Shown here: positions 52,482-62,635 of the stretch, piece after piece
Layout of the letters: each line of letters begins with the position of its first letter
Numbering within the stretch: the first letter of the stretch is position 1
Assembly (NCBI GenBank): GCA_903897805.1
Contig: CAIUCV010000017.1
Location: 5,725-69,724 of the forward strand
Direction of reading: 5' to 3'
Length of the DNA stretch: 64,000 nucleotides
Origin: Candidatus Yanofskybacteria bacterium
GTDB taxonomy: Bacteria > Patescibacteriota > Minisyncoccia > 2-02-FULL-40-12 > IGHO2-01-FULL-4-A
Program-made: the position numbers and the translations under genes
The notes under the pieces: model-generated
The model's database searches: none
Told to the model about the DNA's origin: nothing
What the model saw: only the letters and a program-made list of their open reading frames with translations

Positions 52482-52727
52482 CTAGGCTAAATCCACGCCT
52501 CCTTTTGAAAAGGGGCTGCATCTTAAAATTCTCCACAGCCCTTTCAATGCGCCTTTCAAAATACCGTAACGGCTCACGGCTTCATAAGTATATTGGGAAC
52601 AAGATGGATAAAAACGGCAGCGCATCGCCCCGCCAAACACAACAATGCCATGGTCAGGAGAAATGGTTTTTTGGTATACTCTGATTAACCTCAGAATGAT
52701 TTTTTTCATTAGGTGATTAGTTTTCAA
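52482..52727 (-). CDS. yidD: Membrane protein insertion efficiency factor YidD
   Basis: LIR.YQ..ISP......CRF.PSCS.Y motif. Confidence 0.9.
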   Translation of the reverse strand: MKTNHLMKKIILRLIRVYQKTISPDHGIVVFGGAMRCRFYPSCSQYTYEAVSRYGILKGALKGLWRILRCSPFSKGGVDLA

Positions 52728-52810
52728 TTATTAGATTGTTCGTGACTGTTTTTGGAAGCTGAAACTTGCTTGACCCCGTCAAATAACCGCAACGCAGTTA
52801 GCGCATGGCG

Positions 52811-53155
52811 CTATTTGACTGGGTTGACAAAAATCGTGCCTATTGCGCTCGTTAGTTCGCTCTTGATTTCTCTAAAGGGTCTGCCTACGATACTTGGAGT
52901 AGCGACAAAAATTGCATCGAAGGGTTGTCCTTCTAAGCCGGCTGTCTTAAAAATTTCGGCTATCGTTCTCCGTAAACGATTGCGGACGGCGCTGCTTCTT
53001 GAAACCTTGGCCGGCACCAAAATCGCTAGGCGGCAGTAGCCGACCTGGTTTTCAGAAAATTTGATAAAGAAAAAACTGCCTTTTACAGTTTCTCCCTTTC
53101 TGAAAACATATTCAGAATCCTTCCTGGCTAAACGATGTTTTCTTGCTAACGCCAT
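52811..53155 (-). CDS. rnpA: Ribonuclease P protein component
   Basis: Basic ~114-aa protein (LARKHRL.RK..F..VF); rpmH-rnpA context. Confidence 0.88.
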   Translation of the reverse strand: MALARKHRLARKDSEYVFRKGETVKGSFFFIKFSENQVGYCRLAILVPAKVSRSSAVRNRLRRTIAEIFKTAGLEGQPFDAIFVATPSIVGRPFREIKSELTSAIGTIFVNPVK

Positions 53156-53204
53156 TTCTTGAAATTAGCGATAAAGGGTAGCCTTCTACTGTGGGGTGGC
53201 TAGG

Positions 53205-53342
53205 CTAAACGGAAATCCTGCAGCGTCCTTTCCGGCGGCGGCGGGACAATACCTTGCGACCTTTCTTTGTTTTGGATCGTTTGAGAAAGCCATGTTTATT
53301 TTTCCTTTTCCGTTTTTTGGGATGGTATAGTGTCGTTTTCAT
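53205..53342 (-). CDS. rpmH: 50S ribosomal protein L34
   Basis: Manual translation of the minus strand gives [45 protein letters not shown] (45 aa); not in the ORF track because it is <60 aa. Confidence 0.85.
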   Translation of the reverse strand: MKTTLYHPKKRKRKNKHGFLKRSKTKKGRKVLSRRRRKGRCRISV

Positions 53343-53475
53343 TTGTATACAATCTATCAGTTTTTCAGGGCAAAGTCAATTTAAAACAGAATGGCCCGGC
53401 TATCAACTTTTTATAAACACCTTATCAACGAAATTCTATTTCTGAATCCTGTTTAATTTAATTATACTTTAGTAT

Positions 53476-54846
53476 ATGACTAACGAAGAGCTTTGGAAGG
53501 CAGTATTAACCGAGATGGAGCTGGCCCTTTCACGGGCTAATTTCACTACCTGGTTCAAGGGTACGTCGCTTTTGGCTAATAATAGTGGGGCTTTGATGGT
53601 TAGTGCTCCTAATGGATTTGTTAAAGAATGGCTAGAAAACAAGTTTGGAAAACAGATTTTTCAGATTATAAGAAACTTGAGCCCGGAAGTGCGGGAAATA
53701 AAATATATCGTGGGCAACCTGCGTCCCGGATTGCCTTTTCAAAAGAAAGATTTGGTTCAATTCGTACCAGACAAAATCAGTGAAGAGTGCTCCGATGCCG
53801 ATATTGACAAGGCAACAAACTTAAACAAGCGTTACTCTTTTAATTCGTTTGTAGTCGGCCCAAGTAATGAACTGGCGTACGCCGCTGGTATCGCCATCAC
53901 TAAGAATTTGGGCAAGGTCTATAATCCGCTTTTTATCTACGGCGGGGTGGGATTGGGAAAAACACACTTGCTTCAAGCTACCGGGAATCTTGTCGCGGCC
54001 AGCTCGTCAAACAAAAAAGTGCTCTATATTCCGTCCGAGAGATTAACAACAGATATCATTGAGTCGCTTAAAAATAGAACAATTGAGGATTTGAAACAAC
54101 GTTATTTAAAATTGGACCTTTTAATAATTGACGACATTCAGTCCATCGCCGGCAAAAAGGGGACGCAGGATATATTCTTTGCGACGTTCAACGAGCTTTA
54201 CGGTAAAAATAAGCAGATAATACTTTCCTCTGACCGACCGCCAAGCGCAATACCGGCGCTGGAGGAACGCTTACGCTCCAGGTTTGAGGGCGGGATGATT
54301 ACCGATATAATGCCACCGGACTATGAAACAAGACTTGCGATCTTGAAACTAAAGAGCAAAGAAAAGAATTTTGAAATTGACAATAATTCTCTGGCTTACA
54401 TAGCGTCTAACATCCAAAAGAATATCCGCGAACTGGAGGGTGCCTTGAATCGCATAATAGCTTTCAGCCAGGTGTATAGTAAAATTCCAGATTTCAAGGA
54501 AGTAAAAAAACTTCTGGCCGCTTATCTAAATACCCCATATCGTAAAACGACGCATCAATTGATACTCAAATCGGTCGCCGATTTCTACGGTATATCCTTA
54601 AGCGACCTTGTAAAAAGGAGCCGGAAGAAAGAAATAGTAAAACCGAGACAAATAGCAATGTTTTTATTGCGGGAAGAAACAAAATCGTCATTCCCTGAAA
54701 TAGGTTCCAAGCTCGGAGGGAGAGACCATTCCACCGTAATTCACGCTTATGAGAAAATTAAAAAAGAAGAAGAGGGAGACGAGACCATAAAACAAGAATT
54801 GGTTTTAATTAAAGAGAGGATTTATCAAACGTTTGAAAACGTTTAA
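53476..54846 (+). CDS. dnaA: Chromosomal replication initiator protein DnaA
   Basis: AAA+ Walker A GGVGLGKTHL, LLIIDDIQ, and C-terminal DNA-binding helix-turn-helix (DHSTV). Confidence 0.95.
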   Translation: MTNEELWKAVLTEMELALSRANFTTWFKGTSLLANNSGALMVSAPNGFVKEWLENKFGKQIFQIIRNLSPEVREIKYIVGNLRPGLPFQKKDLVQFVPDKISEECSDADIDKATNLNKRYSFNSFVVGPSNELAYAAGIAITKNLGKVYNPLFIYGGVGLGKTHLLQATGNLVAASSSNKKVLYIPSERLTTDIIESLKNRTIEDLKQRYLKLDLLIIDDIQSIAGKKGTQDIFFATFNELYGKNKQIILSSDRPPSAIPALEERLRSRFEGGMITDIMPPDYETRLAILKLKSKEKNFEIDNNSLAYIASNIQKNIRELEGALNRIIAFSQVYSKIPDFKEVKKLLAAYLNTPYRKTTHQLILKSVADFYGISLSDLVKRSRKKEIVKPRQIAMFLLREETKSSFPEIGSKLGGRDHSTVIHAYEKIKKEEEGDETIKQELVLIKERIYQTFENV

Positions 54847-55092
54847 AAGTTAATGCTCGAGAAAGTTGATAATATTGTTAATATAGTTGTGGAATTAGTT
54901 ATAATAACCGGCTTATAAAAAGTAGACAGTGTAGTTTAAACGGTCAACTAAATATTTTATAAGATTTTTATCCAGTAGTAATCGCAAGTTTATAAACAGT
55001 TTAGTAAATAGTTTTTAACAAAGATAACCTGGTCAATTTGAGTAATTTCGTCTTATGCACATTACTTATTACTATTATTAATTAACTTTAAT
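54847..55092. other. Putative oriC / DNA-unwinding region in the dnaA-dnaN spacer
   Basis: Strongly AT-rich; imperfect DnaA-box-like 9-mers (ttatccagt, tgtggaatt, ttgataata). Confidence 0.45.
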
Positions 55093-56181
55093 ATGAAGAT
55101 AATAATAAATCACAATAAGCTACTGACGGCTCTACGGATTGTAGAAAGAATCGTTTCAAGAAATGTATCATTGCCAATTCTAAGTGCAATCCTCCTTAGG
55201 ATTGAAAATGGACGCTTAAAACTATCAGCGACAAATCTGGAGATCGGCATTAATTATTGGGTTGGCGCAAAAGTGGATGAGGATGGAGAAGTTGCCGTTC
55301 CGGCTCGCGTTTTTTCAGATTTCATCAGTAATATTACTGATGAAAAAGTAATTATTACGACGAATAAAAATATAATTTCAATTAATTCTGAGCACTACAA
55401 GACTCAAATTCTAGGCATGGAAGCTAAAGATTTTCCGATAATCCCGAAGGTCAAAAAGGAAACGTCATTTAAAATTAACAGTCAGGCGCTGAAAACCTCA
55501 TTAATCAGCGTTTCGGATTCTATATCTCTTTCGGAAACCAGACCGGAGTTGAGTGGTGTATATGTTAATATCTCAAGTAACAAAGCCGAGTTTGCAGCAA
55601 CCGACAGCTTTCGTTTGTCCGAAAAAATTACCGTTCTAAAAGAAGGGGTAAATAAAGCAGTTATTATTCCCCGCAATGCCATAGTTGAGATTGTAAGGAT
55701 GCTGGAAAACACCGATGAAGAAATTAATGTAGCTATTTCCGAAAACCAAGTTTTTCTTTATAATGACGACTTTGAATTTGTCTCGCGTTTGATTGATGGC
55801 CGTTATCCCGACTACAAAAAAGTAATTCCAGAAAAATTTATATCCCTCGTCAAGGTTAACAAAGGGGAATTTGAAAGAAACGTCCGATTGGCCAGTATTT
55901 TCTCATCAAATATATCCGACGTCAGGATAAAGACCGCAAAAGATTCAATGGAAGTTTCGGCCAAGAATAGCGACTGCGGTGACATTACATCGCACCTGGC
56001 CTGCGAGTTAAAAAACAAACCATTTGAGATTTCGGTTAATTACCACTATCTTCTCGACGGGCTTAAAGTGATACCAACGGAGAATGTAATCGTAGAGTTT
56101 ACCGGCGAGGGCAGTCCATTGGTGCTTCGGGGCGACGATCTTAAAGACCAAACTTACGTTATAATGCCCTTAAGGAGTTAG
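55093..56181 (+). CDS. dnaN: DNA polymerase III beta sliding clamp
   Basis: Directly follows dnaA; ~360 aa with the three-domain clamp pattern. Confidence 0.9.
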   Translation: MKIIINHNKLLTALRIVERIVSRNVSLPILSAILLRIENGRLKLSATNLEIGINYWVGAKVDEDGEVAVPARVFSDFISNITDEKVIITTNKNIISINSEHYKTQILGMEAKDFPIIPKVKKETSFKINSQALKTSLISVSDSISLSETRPELSGVYVNISSNKAEFAATDSFRLSEKITVLKEGVNKAVIIPRNAIVEIVRMLENTDEEINVAISENQVFLYNDDFEFVSRLIDGRYPDYKKVIPEKFISLVKVNKGEFERNVRLASIFSSNISDVRIKTAKDSMEVSAKNSDCGDITSHLACELKNKPFEISVNYHYLLDGLKVIPTENVIVEFTGEGSPLVLRGDDLKDQTYVIMPLRS

Positions 56182-58346
56182 TTATTTTGCCCGGTTCTGG
56201 CAAGCCATCTCTGAACTGTTTCTTCCCAGTTCTTAAATTGAGAATCTTCGTTTGGATTTGAAGGCGGAGGGCCGGCGGGGTCTTTTTTGTCTGCATAATA
56301 GAGAATTGAATGTATACCATTTGGGCCGTTGTAATCGCCGTTTAGCATTATTTTATCAGTCGTTATGGGATCGGGCTCAATAAACTGCTCAGGAGCAGTG
56401 CCCTCCAGCGCGCGGGACATAAAATTATTCCACATAGGACCGGCGGCAGATAAACCGGCGCCCTGTTGGGTCATGGACTCGTTGTTATTATTTCCCGTCC
56501 AAACTCCGACAACCAGCGAAGGAGTATATCCTACCAACCAACCATCGCGGTTTTCCTGGGTAGTTCCAGTTTTGGCCGCAACTTGCCGGCCAGGAAAGTA
56601 AAGCGGGCTGTTATAGCCGAATATCGGCCCGCGCGCATTATTGTCCGACAAGACATCGGAAACGAGTCTGGCTATCTGCGGCTCAAGCACTCTTTCCTCG
56701 TCGTGTTTGTATTCTTCAAGAATTGTGCCGTCGCCGGTAGAAACTTTTTGAATGAAAGTCTGCGGCACTTTTATGCCGTCGTTGGCGAATACTCCGTAAG
56801 CCGCAACCATATCAACAAGACGGACTTCTCCTCCGCCGAGTACCAAGGAGAGACCGTATCGAGAACGGTCGTTGAGCGTTGTAATTCCCATTTTATGAGC
56901 GAGGTCAATGGTGTCATCAATCCCAGCCAGATAAAGCACTTGAACCGAGGGCACGTTAAGGGATTGGCTAAGCGCTTGGCGCATGGTTACCGGCCCTCTA
57001 AACAGTCCGTCATAATCTTGGGGATTGTAGCAGTCTTGGCCGTTAGGATCTTTTACTTGTGTTGCGGAGGAGTCACAGTTGGGGTTGAATTCCGTAGGCA
57101 GATCAAAGAGTATAGTTGAATCGGTAAAACCCTTAATGAAAGCTTCGGAGTAGGCGAATGGCTTAAATGATGAACCTGGCTGGCGAAACCCAAGGGCAAC
57201 ATTAAAATTACCTTCAAACTTACAGCTGTTAGCTCCGGTAGTTCCAGGCGCGCAACCCTCCGGTTCCGATTTCCCGAAATAATTCTTTGAGCCCACCATA
57301 GCCAGTATCTGCCCCGTTTTTGGGTCTTCCGCGACTAAGGCGGCGTTACTGGCCTTGTATTTGTCGGTGTTGATGGTCGCATATTTACTTACCGACGCCG
57401 AGGCCGCTTCCTGTAATTTAGTATCTAAGGTGGTTATTACATTAAGTCCGCCGGTTTCCACCATATCTTCCCCATATCGGGCTACCAGATACTCTTTGAC
57501 CATGACAACAAAATGGGGGGCGAACATGTCACTGGGCTGATTGAATTGAAATTTTTCCTTCTTGGCCTGATCATATTCCGCTTGACTGATATAGTCCAAG
57601 CTTTTCATTCTTTCCAGGACATAATCCTTTCTTGCTATCAGTTCGGAATAATGGTTTCCATAGGGAGAATAATAGCTGGGCGCTTTTGGCAAAGAGGCCA
57701 GAATGGCGGCCTCGGCCAGATCAATGTCTTTTGCCGACTTTCCAAAATAGGTTTGGGCCGCAGCTTCTATACCATAGGCATTTGAGCCGTAGGGGATCTG
57801 ATTGAGATACATCCAAAATATCTGGTCTTTTGTAAATTTGCGTTCAACCTGAATGGACAAAACCGCCTCCTTTATTTTCCTGGCGATAGTTTTTTCATTG
57901 CCCAAAAGGGATGTCTTTACTAATTGCTGGGTTATGGTGGAGCCGCCCTGTGAGGCGCTAAGATGCAAAATATCTTGATAGAAAGCGCGAAGTATTCCTT
58001 TAAAATCTATACCTTGGTGACTGTAGAACTCGCTGTCCTCCGCGGCTAACGTCGCCTTTTTGATGGTGTCGGAAATTTGCTCCCACGGAACAACGGTCCT
58101 TTTCTCTTCGCCGTGGATATCATACAACAGGGCGGTGCCGGTGCGATCGTAAATTTTGGTTGATTCATTGATGCGGCGAGAGGCAATAGCCGAAGGATCG
58201 GGAATTTGTCCCGCGTAGTAAATGAAAAGAATAACCAAAAAAACCAAGCCGATTACGGCCAGGGCCAGAATTGTGAGAAAAATATTTTTCACAGGATGAG
58301 ACTTATTTTTTCTGCGTGATCTATTCACTTGTGTCAAGTTTGCCAC
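56178..58346 (-). CDS. Class A penicillin-binding protein (transglycosylase + transpeptidase)
   Basis: GT51 motif EDSEFYSHQGID; transpeptidase SSFKP, SLN and KTGTT motifs. Confidence 0.9.
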   Translation of the reverse strand: MANLTQVNRSRRKNKSHPVKNIFLTILALAVIGLVFLVILFIYYAGQIPDPSAIASRRINESTKIYDRTGTALLYDIHGEEKRTVVPWEQISDTIKKATLAAEDSEFYSHQGIDFKGILRAFYQDILHLSASQGGSTITQQLVKTSLLGNEKTIARKIKEAVLSIQVERKFTKDQIFWMYLNQIPYGSNAYGIEAAAQTYFGKSAKDIDLAEAAILASLPKAPSYYSPYGNHYSELIARKDYVLERMKSLDYISQAEYDQAKKEKFQFNQPSDMFAPHFVVMVKEYLVARYGEDMVETGGLNVITTLDTKLQEAASASVSKYATINTDKYKASNAALVAEDPKTGQILAMVGSKNYFGKSEPEGCAPGTTGANSCKFEGNFNVALGFRQPGSSFKPFAYSEAFIKGFTDSTILFDLPTEFNPNCDSSATQVKDPNGQDCYNPQDYDGLFRGPVTMRQALSQSLNVPSVQVLYLAGIDDTIDLAHKMGITTLNDRSRYGLSLVLGGGEVRLVDMVAAYGVFANDGIKVPQTFIQKVSTGDGTILEEYKHDEERVLEPQIARLVSDVLSDNNARGPIFGYNSPLYFPGRQVAAKTGTTQENRDGWLVGYTPSLVVGVWTGNNNNESMTQQGAGLSAAGPMWNNFMSRALEGTAPEQFIEPDPITTDKIMLNGDYNGPNGIHSILYYADKKDPAGPPPSNPNEDSQFKNWEETVQRWLARTGQNN

Positions 58347-58394
58347 AAAACCGCAAAATTTACAAGATTACCCGCGGGGTATATAATAGGTGAA

Positions 58395-59594
58395 ATGACT
58401 CAGATTATTTCCGATGAAAATCAAATAAAGGAGTTTTTGGACTCAAGATATATTGAAGCGGTTTTTCCGTCCAAGGAGAGGGCGGCGGAGATAATGGGAT
58501 CGGGGAATCAACTGGTTTTTTACTTAGGCATAGACCCGACCGGGCCGGAGATACACCTAGGTCACACCATCCCGCTCCTCTTGCTTAAACAAATTGCCAA
58601 GCTTGGCCATCAAATCATACTTTTAATCGGTGATTTTACCGCAAGGATCGGCGATCCAACAGATAAGGAGGCGGCTAGAGTTGCGCTTACAGAGGCAGAA
58701 ATCAAACAGAATATGAAAACCTATGTCGAGCAGGTTAAAAAGATTTTGGGAAATACAGATTTTGAGGTTGAGTATAATAGTAAATGGCTTAGTAAAATGT
58801 CCTTTGAAGACGTAATAAAACTGGCGAGTCGTGTAACAGTTAAGCAAATGTTGGCTAGGGATATGTTTAGAGAGAGGCTAGAAAAAGAAAAACCAATATA
58901 TGTTCACGAATTTTTATACCCCTTGATGCAGGGCTACGATTCGGTTGCGATGCAGGTTGATGGGGAAGTCGGCGGAAATGACCAGACTTTCAATATGCTC
59001 GTGGGTAGAGATTTGGAAAAAGAATATCTAAATAAAGACAAACTGGTATTTACCACCAGACTTTTAGTAGATACAGAAACAGGCAAAAAGATTAGCAAAA
59101 CAGAAGGGAGTTTTGTTGCCGTAGATGATTCTCCGGGGAATATTTTTGGTAAAATTATGGCTATGTCCGATTCAGCGATTGTGTCCTTGTTTAGTTACAC
59201 TACCGAAGTTTCGAATGAGAAAATTAGCGAAGTGAAATCTAGGCTTGAAAAAGGCGAGAATCCCAAAGTGATTAAAGAAGAGTTGGCCTACGAACTGGTC
59301 AGAATGTATCACGGTGAAAAAGAAGCGATTCGGGCGCGCGAAGAATTTATGAAGGTTTTTGTCGAGGGCCAGTTGCCGGAAAAAATTGAGGAATTTAAAA
59401 TGGGAAGCGGCTCAACGAAGCTGACGGAATTATTGAAAGAATCCGGTCTAGCGAGCTCTATGTCAGAAGCAAAGCGATTGATTGAGCAAAAAGCCGTGAG
59501 TGTAAACGGCAAGGTTGTGGAAAGTTGGGATTACGAAATTAAAAAGGGGGACGTAATTAAGGTTGGTCCGCGGAAATTTGTAAGAGCGATATAA
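58395..59594 (+). CDS. tyrS: Tyrosyl-tRNA synthetase
   Basis: HIGH-type HLGH, KMSKS-type KISKT, C-terminal S4 domain. Start MTQIIS at 58395; the tracked ORF starts at 58329. Confidence 0.88.
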   Translation: MTQIISDENQIKEFLDSRYIEAVFPSKERAAEIMGSGNQLVFYLGIDPTGPEIHLGHTIPLLLLKQIAKLGHQIILLIGDFTARIGDPTDKEAARVALTEAEIKQNMKTYVEQVKKILGNTDFEVEYNSKWLSKMSFEDVIKLASRVTVKQMLARDMFRERLEKEKPIYVHEFLYPLMQGYDSVAMQVDGEVGGNDQTFNMLVGRDLEKEYLNKDKLVFTTRLLVDTETGKKISKTEGSFVAVDDSPGNIFGKIMAMSDSAIVSLFSYTTEVSNEKISEVKSRLEKGENPKVIKEELAYELVRMYHGEKEAIRAREEFMKVFVEGQLPEKIEEFKMGSGSTKLTELLKESGLASSMSEAKRLIEQKAVSVNGKVVESWDYEIKKGDVIKVGPRKFVRAI

Positions 59595-59600
59595 AGAAAT

Positions 59601-59636
59601 AAAAACTCCCCCTGTCTCTGGGGGAGTTTTTATATT
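59601..59636 (+). terminator. Rho-independent terminator after tyrS
   Basis: aaaactccccc-tgtctct-gggggagtttt. Confidence 0.65.
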
Positions 59637-59642
59637 GCCTTT

Positions 59643-59783
59643 TTACACCCCTTCTTCTACTGCTGACTTTTCTTCATCTTCGCCCTCTTCTACGGCCAAT
59701 GGATCTAAAGGGGCCTCTGTTTCCTCTACCTCTCCAAGCTCTTCTTCCTCTAAAAGAGAAAGTTTATAGTCCTGGTTTAACAT
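59643..59783 (-). CDS. Possible small acidic protein (46 aa, MLNQDYKLSLLEEEELGEVEE...)
   Basis: Manual translation of the minus strand; low complexity and not in the ORF track. May be spurious. Confidence 0.2.
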   Translation of the reverse strand: MLNQDYKLSLLEEEELGEVEETEAPLDPLAVEEGEDEEKSAVEEGV

Positions 59784-59873
59784 AATAACCTAGACCGACT
59801 TTGCTTATACCCTCCCGGATTACCGTAGTTATCCGGGAGAAAACACAAGCAAAGCCTGGTTAATTTGAGTTAA

Positions 59874-60347
59874 TCAATATACTACAGTATTTGCACAGCA
59901 AATTGCAATAGCCAAGGCATCGGCCACATCGTCCGGCTTGGGCTCGGTCTTCAGGCCCAAAATCAACTTAACCATCTTTTGGACTTGGCTTTTCTCGGCG
60001 CGGCCATAACCGGAGACCGCTTGTTTTACCTGCAACGGGGTAAACTCGGCAATCTCAACACCGTTTTTGGCGGCGGTAAGCATCAGCACTCCTCTTATTT
60101 CGCTTACCTTCATCACCGTCTTGGCGTTTTTAAAAAAGAACAAGCTCTCAAGAGCCACTTTGTCGGGCTTAAATTTTTTTATCAGTTTTTCAAAGAAATC
60201 GCAGACAGTTTTGACGCGTTCGCTGTTTTTAATATTTACCCCAGTTCTCAAATCGCCAAAATCCACCGCCTTAAAACTTTTACCATCGGCGTCAATAATG
60301 CCGTAACCTATTAGGGAAGTTCCGGGGTCAATGCCTAATATTCGCAT
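59874..60347 (-). CDS. ruvC: Holliday junction resolvase RuvC
   Basis: MRILGIDPGT start and catalytic Asp/Glu pattern. Confidence 0.92.
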   Translation of the reverse strand: MRILGIDPGTSLIGYGIIDADGKSFKAVDFGDLRTGVNIKNSERVKTVCDFFEKLIKKFKPDKVALESLFFFKNAKTVMKVSEIRGVLMLTAAKNGVEIAEFTPLQVKQAVSGYGRAEKSQVQKMVKLILGLKTEPKPDDVADALAIAICCANTVVY

Positions 60348-60350
60348 TGT

Positions 60351-60902
60351 TTAATGGTCAAGCCCTGACGATTGTTCGTCTTTCAGATTTGAGTGGACGT
60401 TTTCGACATCATCATTAGTGGCAAGTTCTTCCAGGAGTTGATTAAATTTTTGGCGCATTGTAGGGTCGCTGTTTTCCAGTGGGTTTTTTGGCGCCCAGCT
60501 TGCGTCAAACATCCAGTTTAGCGAGCCTTCGGGGACCATCTTAAACCCGTTTTTTGCCAGAATGTTTTTTACCTCGGCTATTGTGCGGTTTTTGTTGTCG
60601 GTGATTGCTTCAATAACCACCGCCACAGAGCCAGGCCCCATTGCCTGAACCGTAATCTCGTTCAAAGAAGCAGCTTCTTTCTCGGTGGCCCTTTTGATCG
60701 CGCGCTCAATGTTCTCTTTGGGCATATTTACCGCCCGCGCTTCTTCTATGGTTGATTGAAGTTTGTAATTGGCCAAAGGATCAGTACCGCTTCGCGCCGC
60801 AATCGTTATTTTGTTCGCAAGTTTGCTGAAAACCCGACCCTTCTTCTGGTCGCTAATTCCTTTTTTATGTTTTATCTGCGCCCATTTACTATGGCCTGAC
60901 AT
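60351..60902 (-). CDS. YebC/PmpR-family transcriptional regulator (short, 183 aa)
   Basis: MSGHSKWA.IKHKK start. Confidence 0.85.
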   Translation of the reverse strand: MSGHSKWAQIKHKKGISDQKKGRVFSKLANKITIAARSGTDPLANYKLQSTIEEARAVNMPKENIERAIKRATEKEAASLNEITVQAMGPGSVAVVIEAITDNKNRTIAEVKNILAKNGFKMVPEGSLNWMFDASWAPKNPLENSDPTMRQKFNQLLEELATNDDVENVHSNLKDEQSSGLDH

Positions 60903-60911
60903 ATCCTCATT

Positions 60912-61589
60912 TTATTCCGTAATGACCATTTGTAAAGATTTTGAGAAACTTTGGCTGTCTTTGGAGCAGTTCAAATCGATAGTTGCGGTACCGGGCGTGG
61001 TACTTCCGCCTATTTTCCATGACCACCTTATATTTCCCGGGGCATCGGTGAGCGGTGTTTTAAGCCCTGAAGCGCTGGATTCGCTGCCACTCGGTAGTGT
61101 TACTCTTATTAAGCACTGGGCGTCAGGCAGAGTTGTTATACTGAGTCCAGCTGTGAGTCCTCGTTTTATCGGCGAAGTGAGAGAGAAGACGTTTATAAGT
61201 TCCTGTTGAGAACTTTGAGAAGAGGGAGCTGGTGTTGGCGTGGGAGAAGGTTGAGGGGTAGATGTTTGAACTGGCATAGGCGTTGAAGACGGGCTAGGAG
61301 CTTGAGTTGGGGCAGGTGTTGATGTTTGCCTCGCGGTAGAGCTGCTTTGTGTGGTAGGCGAGGGTGTAGGAGTGGTGGCATGGACTGGTGTTGATATCGG
61401 GGTTGGAGTCGGTGTCCGAGCTTTAATCGGAGACGGCATTACCGAAGCCACGGCGCTTGCGTTCCCTTCCTTTAGCGCCTCTATAATGCGAGCGGAATCT
61501 TCTTTGGGAGATTTGCCGGTTTCAATTAAAAACAGCATTCCGAGGGTTGCCACAAAAGTTATAGCCGCAATCAAAAGTTTCATATTCAA
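60912..61589 (-). CDS. Membrane-anchored Pro/Thr/Ser-rich protein
   Basis: N-terminal TM, then TPTPTPISTPVHATTPTPSPT... low-complexity linker, then a ~90-aa C-terminal domain. Confidence 0.55.
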   Translation of the reverse strand: MNMKLLIAAITFVATLGMLFLIETGKSPKEDSARIIEALKEGNASAVASVMPSPIKARTPTPTPISTPVHATTPTPSPTTQSSSTARQTSTPAPTQAPSPSSTPMPVQTSTPQPSPTPTPAPSSQSSQQELINVFSLTSPIKRGLTAGLSITTLPDAQCLIRVTLPSGSESSASGLKTPLTDAPGNIRWSWKIGGSTTPGTATIDLNCSKDSQSFSKSLQMVITE

Positions 61590-61695
61590 GGATGGTATAA
61601 CGGTTTTTGAGGCGATGCAAGCCGTACGTCAAAATTGACAGAATAAAAAACCTCTGATATCTTATTTATATTCTTTGAAAAATGTTTAGGGGGGG

Positions 61696-62424
61696 GTGTT
61701 TATGAGAATTACTCACGCGACAGCCCAAGGCCCGCGGCCGTATCAAGAAGACCGGTACTGTTTTTTTAGCATTAGAAAACCCCAAACAATAATTGCCGTG
61801 ATGGACGGACATGGCGGAAGAGAAGTGGCTGAATTTTGCTCTTGTAATTTAAAGAAGATATTTCAAGATACACGAGGCAAGATAGCCGATCGTCTGAATG
61901 AAGTTATCAGAAAACTCGCTGAAGCAACCCCTCGTCATTATGAAGTAGGATCAACCATTTCGATCGTCAGCGCTACTAATCACTGGGCGCACATCGCCTT
62001 TCTTGGAGATTCCCCGGTAATTATACGAACTGCTGGAGGGAAAATTGATATCAGTCCCGAACATAATGTACGCAGCAACGATGCAGAAAGATTAGCCGCA
62101 GAAAAACGCGGCGGAGTATATGATAACGGTTATATCTGCAAGTCCCTTGGCGGGTATGGACTACAGTTAAGCCGTGCTCTTGGAGATTGCGAGATGGGGT
62201 CAATTATAAGTAGGGAGCCCGAGATATATAGACAGCCAGTTGACCAAGATAGTTGGGTTCTTGTTGCATCTGACGGGCTTATAGACCCAAGCCATCAAGG
62301 AACGGGAAATGTAGAGCAGATCGCCGATATGCTTAATAATGGAAAGGATGCCAGCGACCTGATTGAATGGGCTAGCCACGAGGGCCTACAGGATAATGCG
62401 ACCGCAATAGTCTGGCGTCCCTAG
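61696..62424 (+). CDS. PP2C-family Ser/Thr protein phosphatase
   Basis: MDGHGG start-region motif and DG..D metal-binding motifs. Confidence 0.85.
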   Translation: MFMRITHATAQGPRPYQEDRYCFFSIRKPQTIIAVMDGHGGREVAEFCSCNLKKIFQDTRGKIADRLNEVIRKLAEATPRHYEVGSTISIVSATNHWAHIAFLGDSPVIIRTAGGKIDISPEHNVRSNDAERLAAEKRGGVYDNGYICKSLGGYGLQLSRALGDCEMGSIISREPEIYRQPVDQDSWVLVASDGLIDPSHQGTGNVEQIADMLNNGKDASDLIEWASHEGLQDNATAIVWRP

Positions 62425-62444
62425 GCCATTTATACCACCTATGT

Positions 62445-62485
62445 GCCCTGCGTAGCATTTTACGCGGGGTTTTTGTTTTTTGAGA
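62445..62485 (+). terminator. Rho-independent terminator after the PP2C gene
   Basis: ccctgcgta-gcatt-tacgcgggg then tttttgtttttt. Confidence 0.6.
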
Positions 62486-62548
62486 CCTCAAAAGCAAAGA
62501 CCTTAGGGGGAGGCAGAAGGGGACCAGCCCCCTCTTTCAATAATTGTA

Positions 62549-62577
62549 TTGACAAGAGATAATTTATCAGCTATACT
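62549..62577 (+). promoter_or_regulatory. Sigma70-like promoter (TTGACA, 17-nt spacer, TATACT) with a ~60-nt leader before the csp start
   Basis: Hexamers read directly. Confidence 0.5.
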
Positions 62578-62635
62578 TATAAGATACGGAAACATAGTCG
62601 AGTTTCTCGTCATAAATAGTCATAAAAACAATCAT

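Noticed and set aside
60351-60902. Short YebC (183 aa) as a truncated pseudogene
   Set aside because: The ORF is intact with a proper start and stop, and abuts ruvC in the conserved yebC-ruvC-ruvA/B context. It is more likely a naturally compact homologue.
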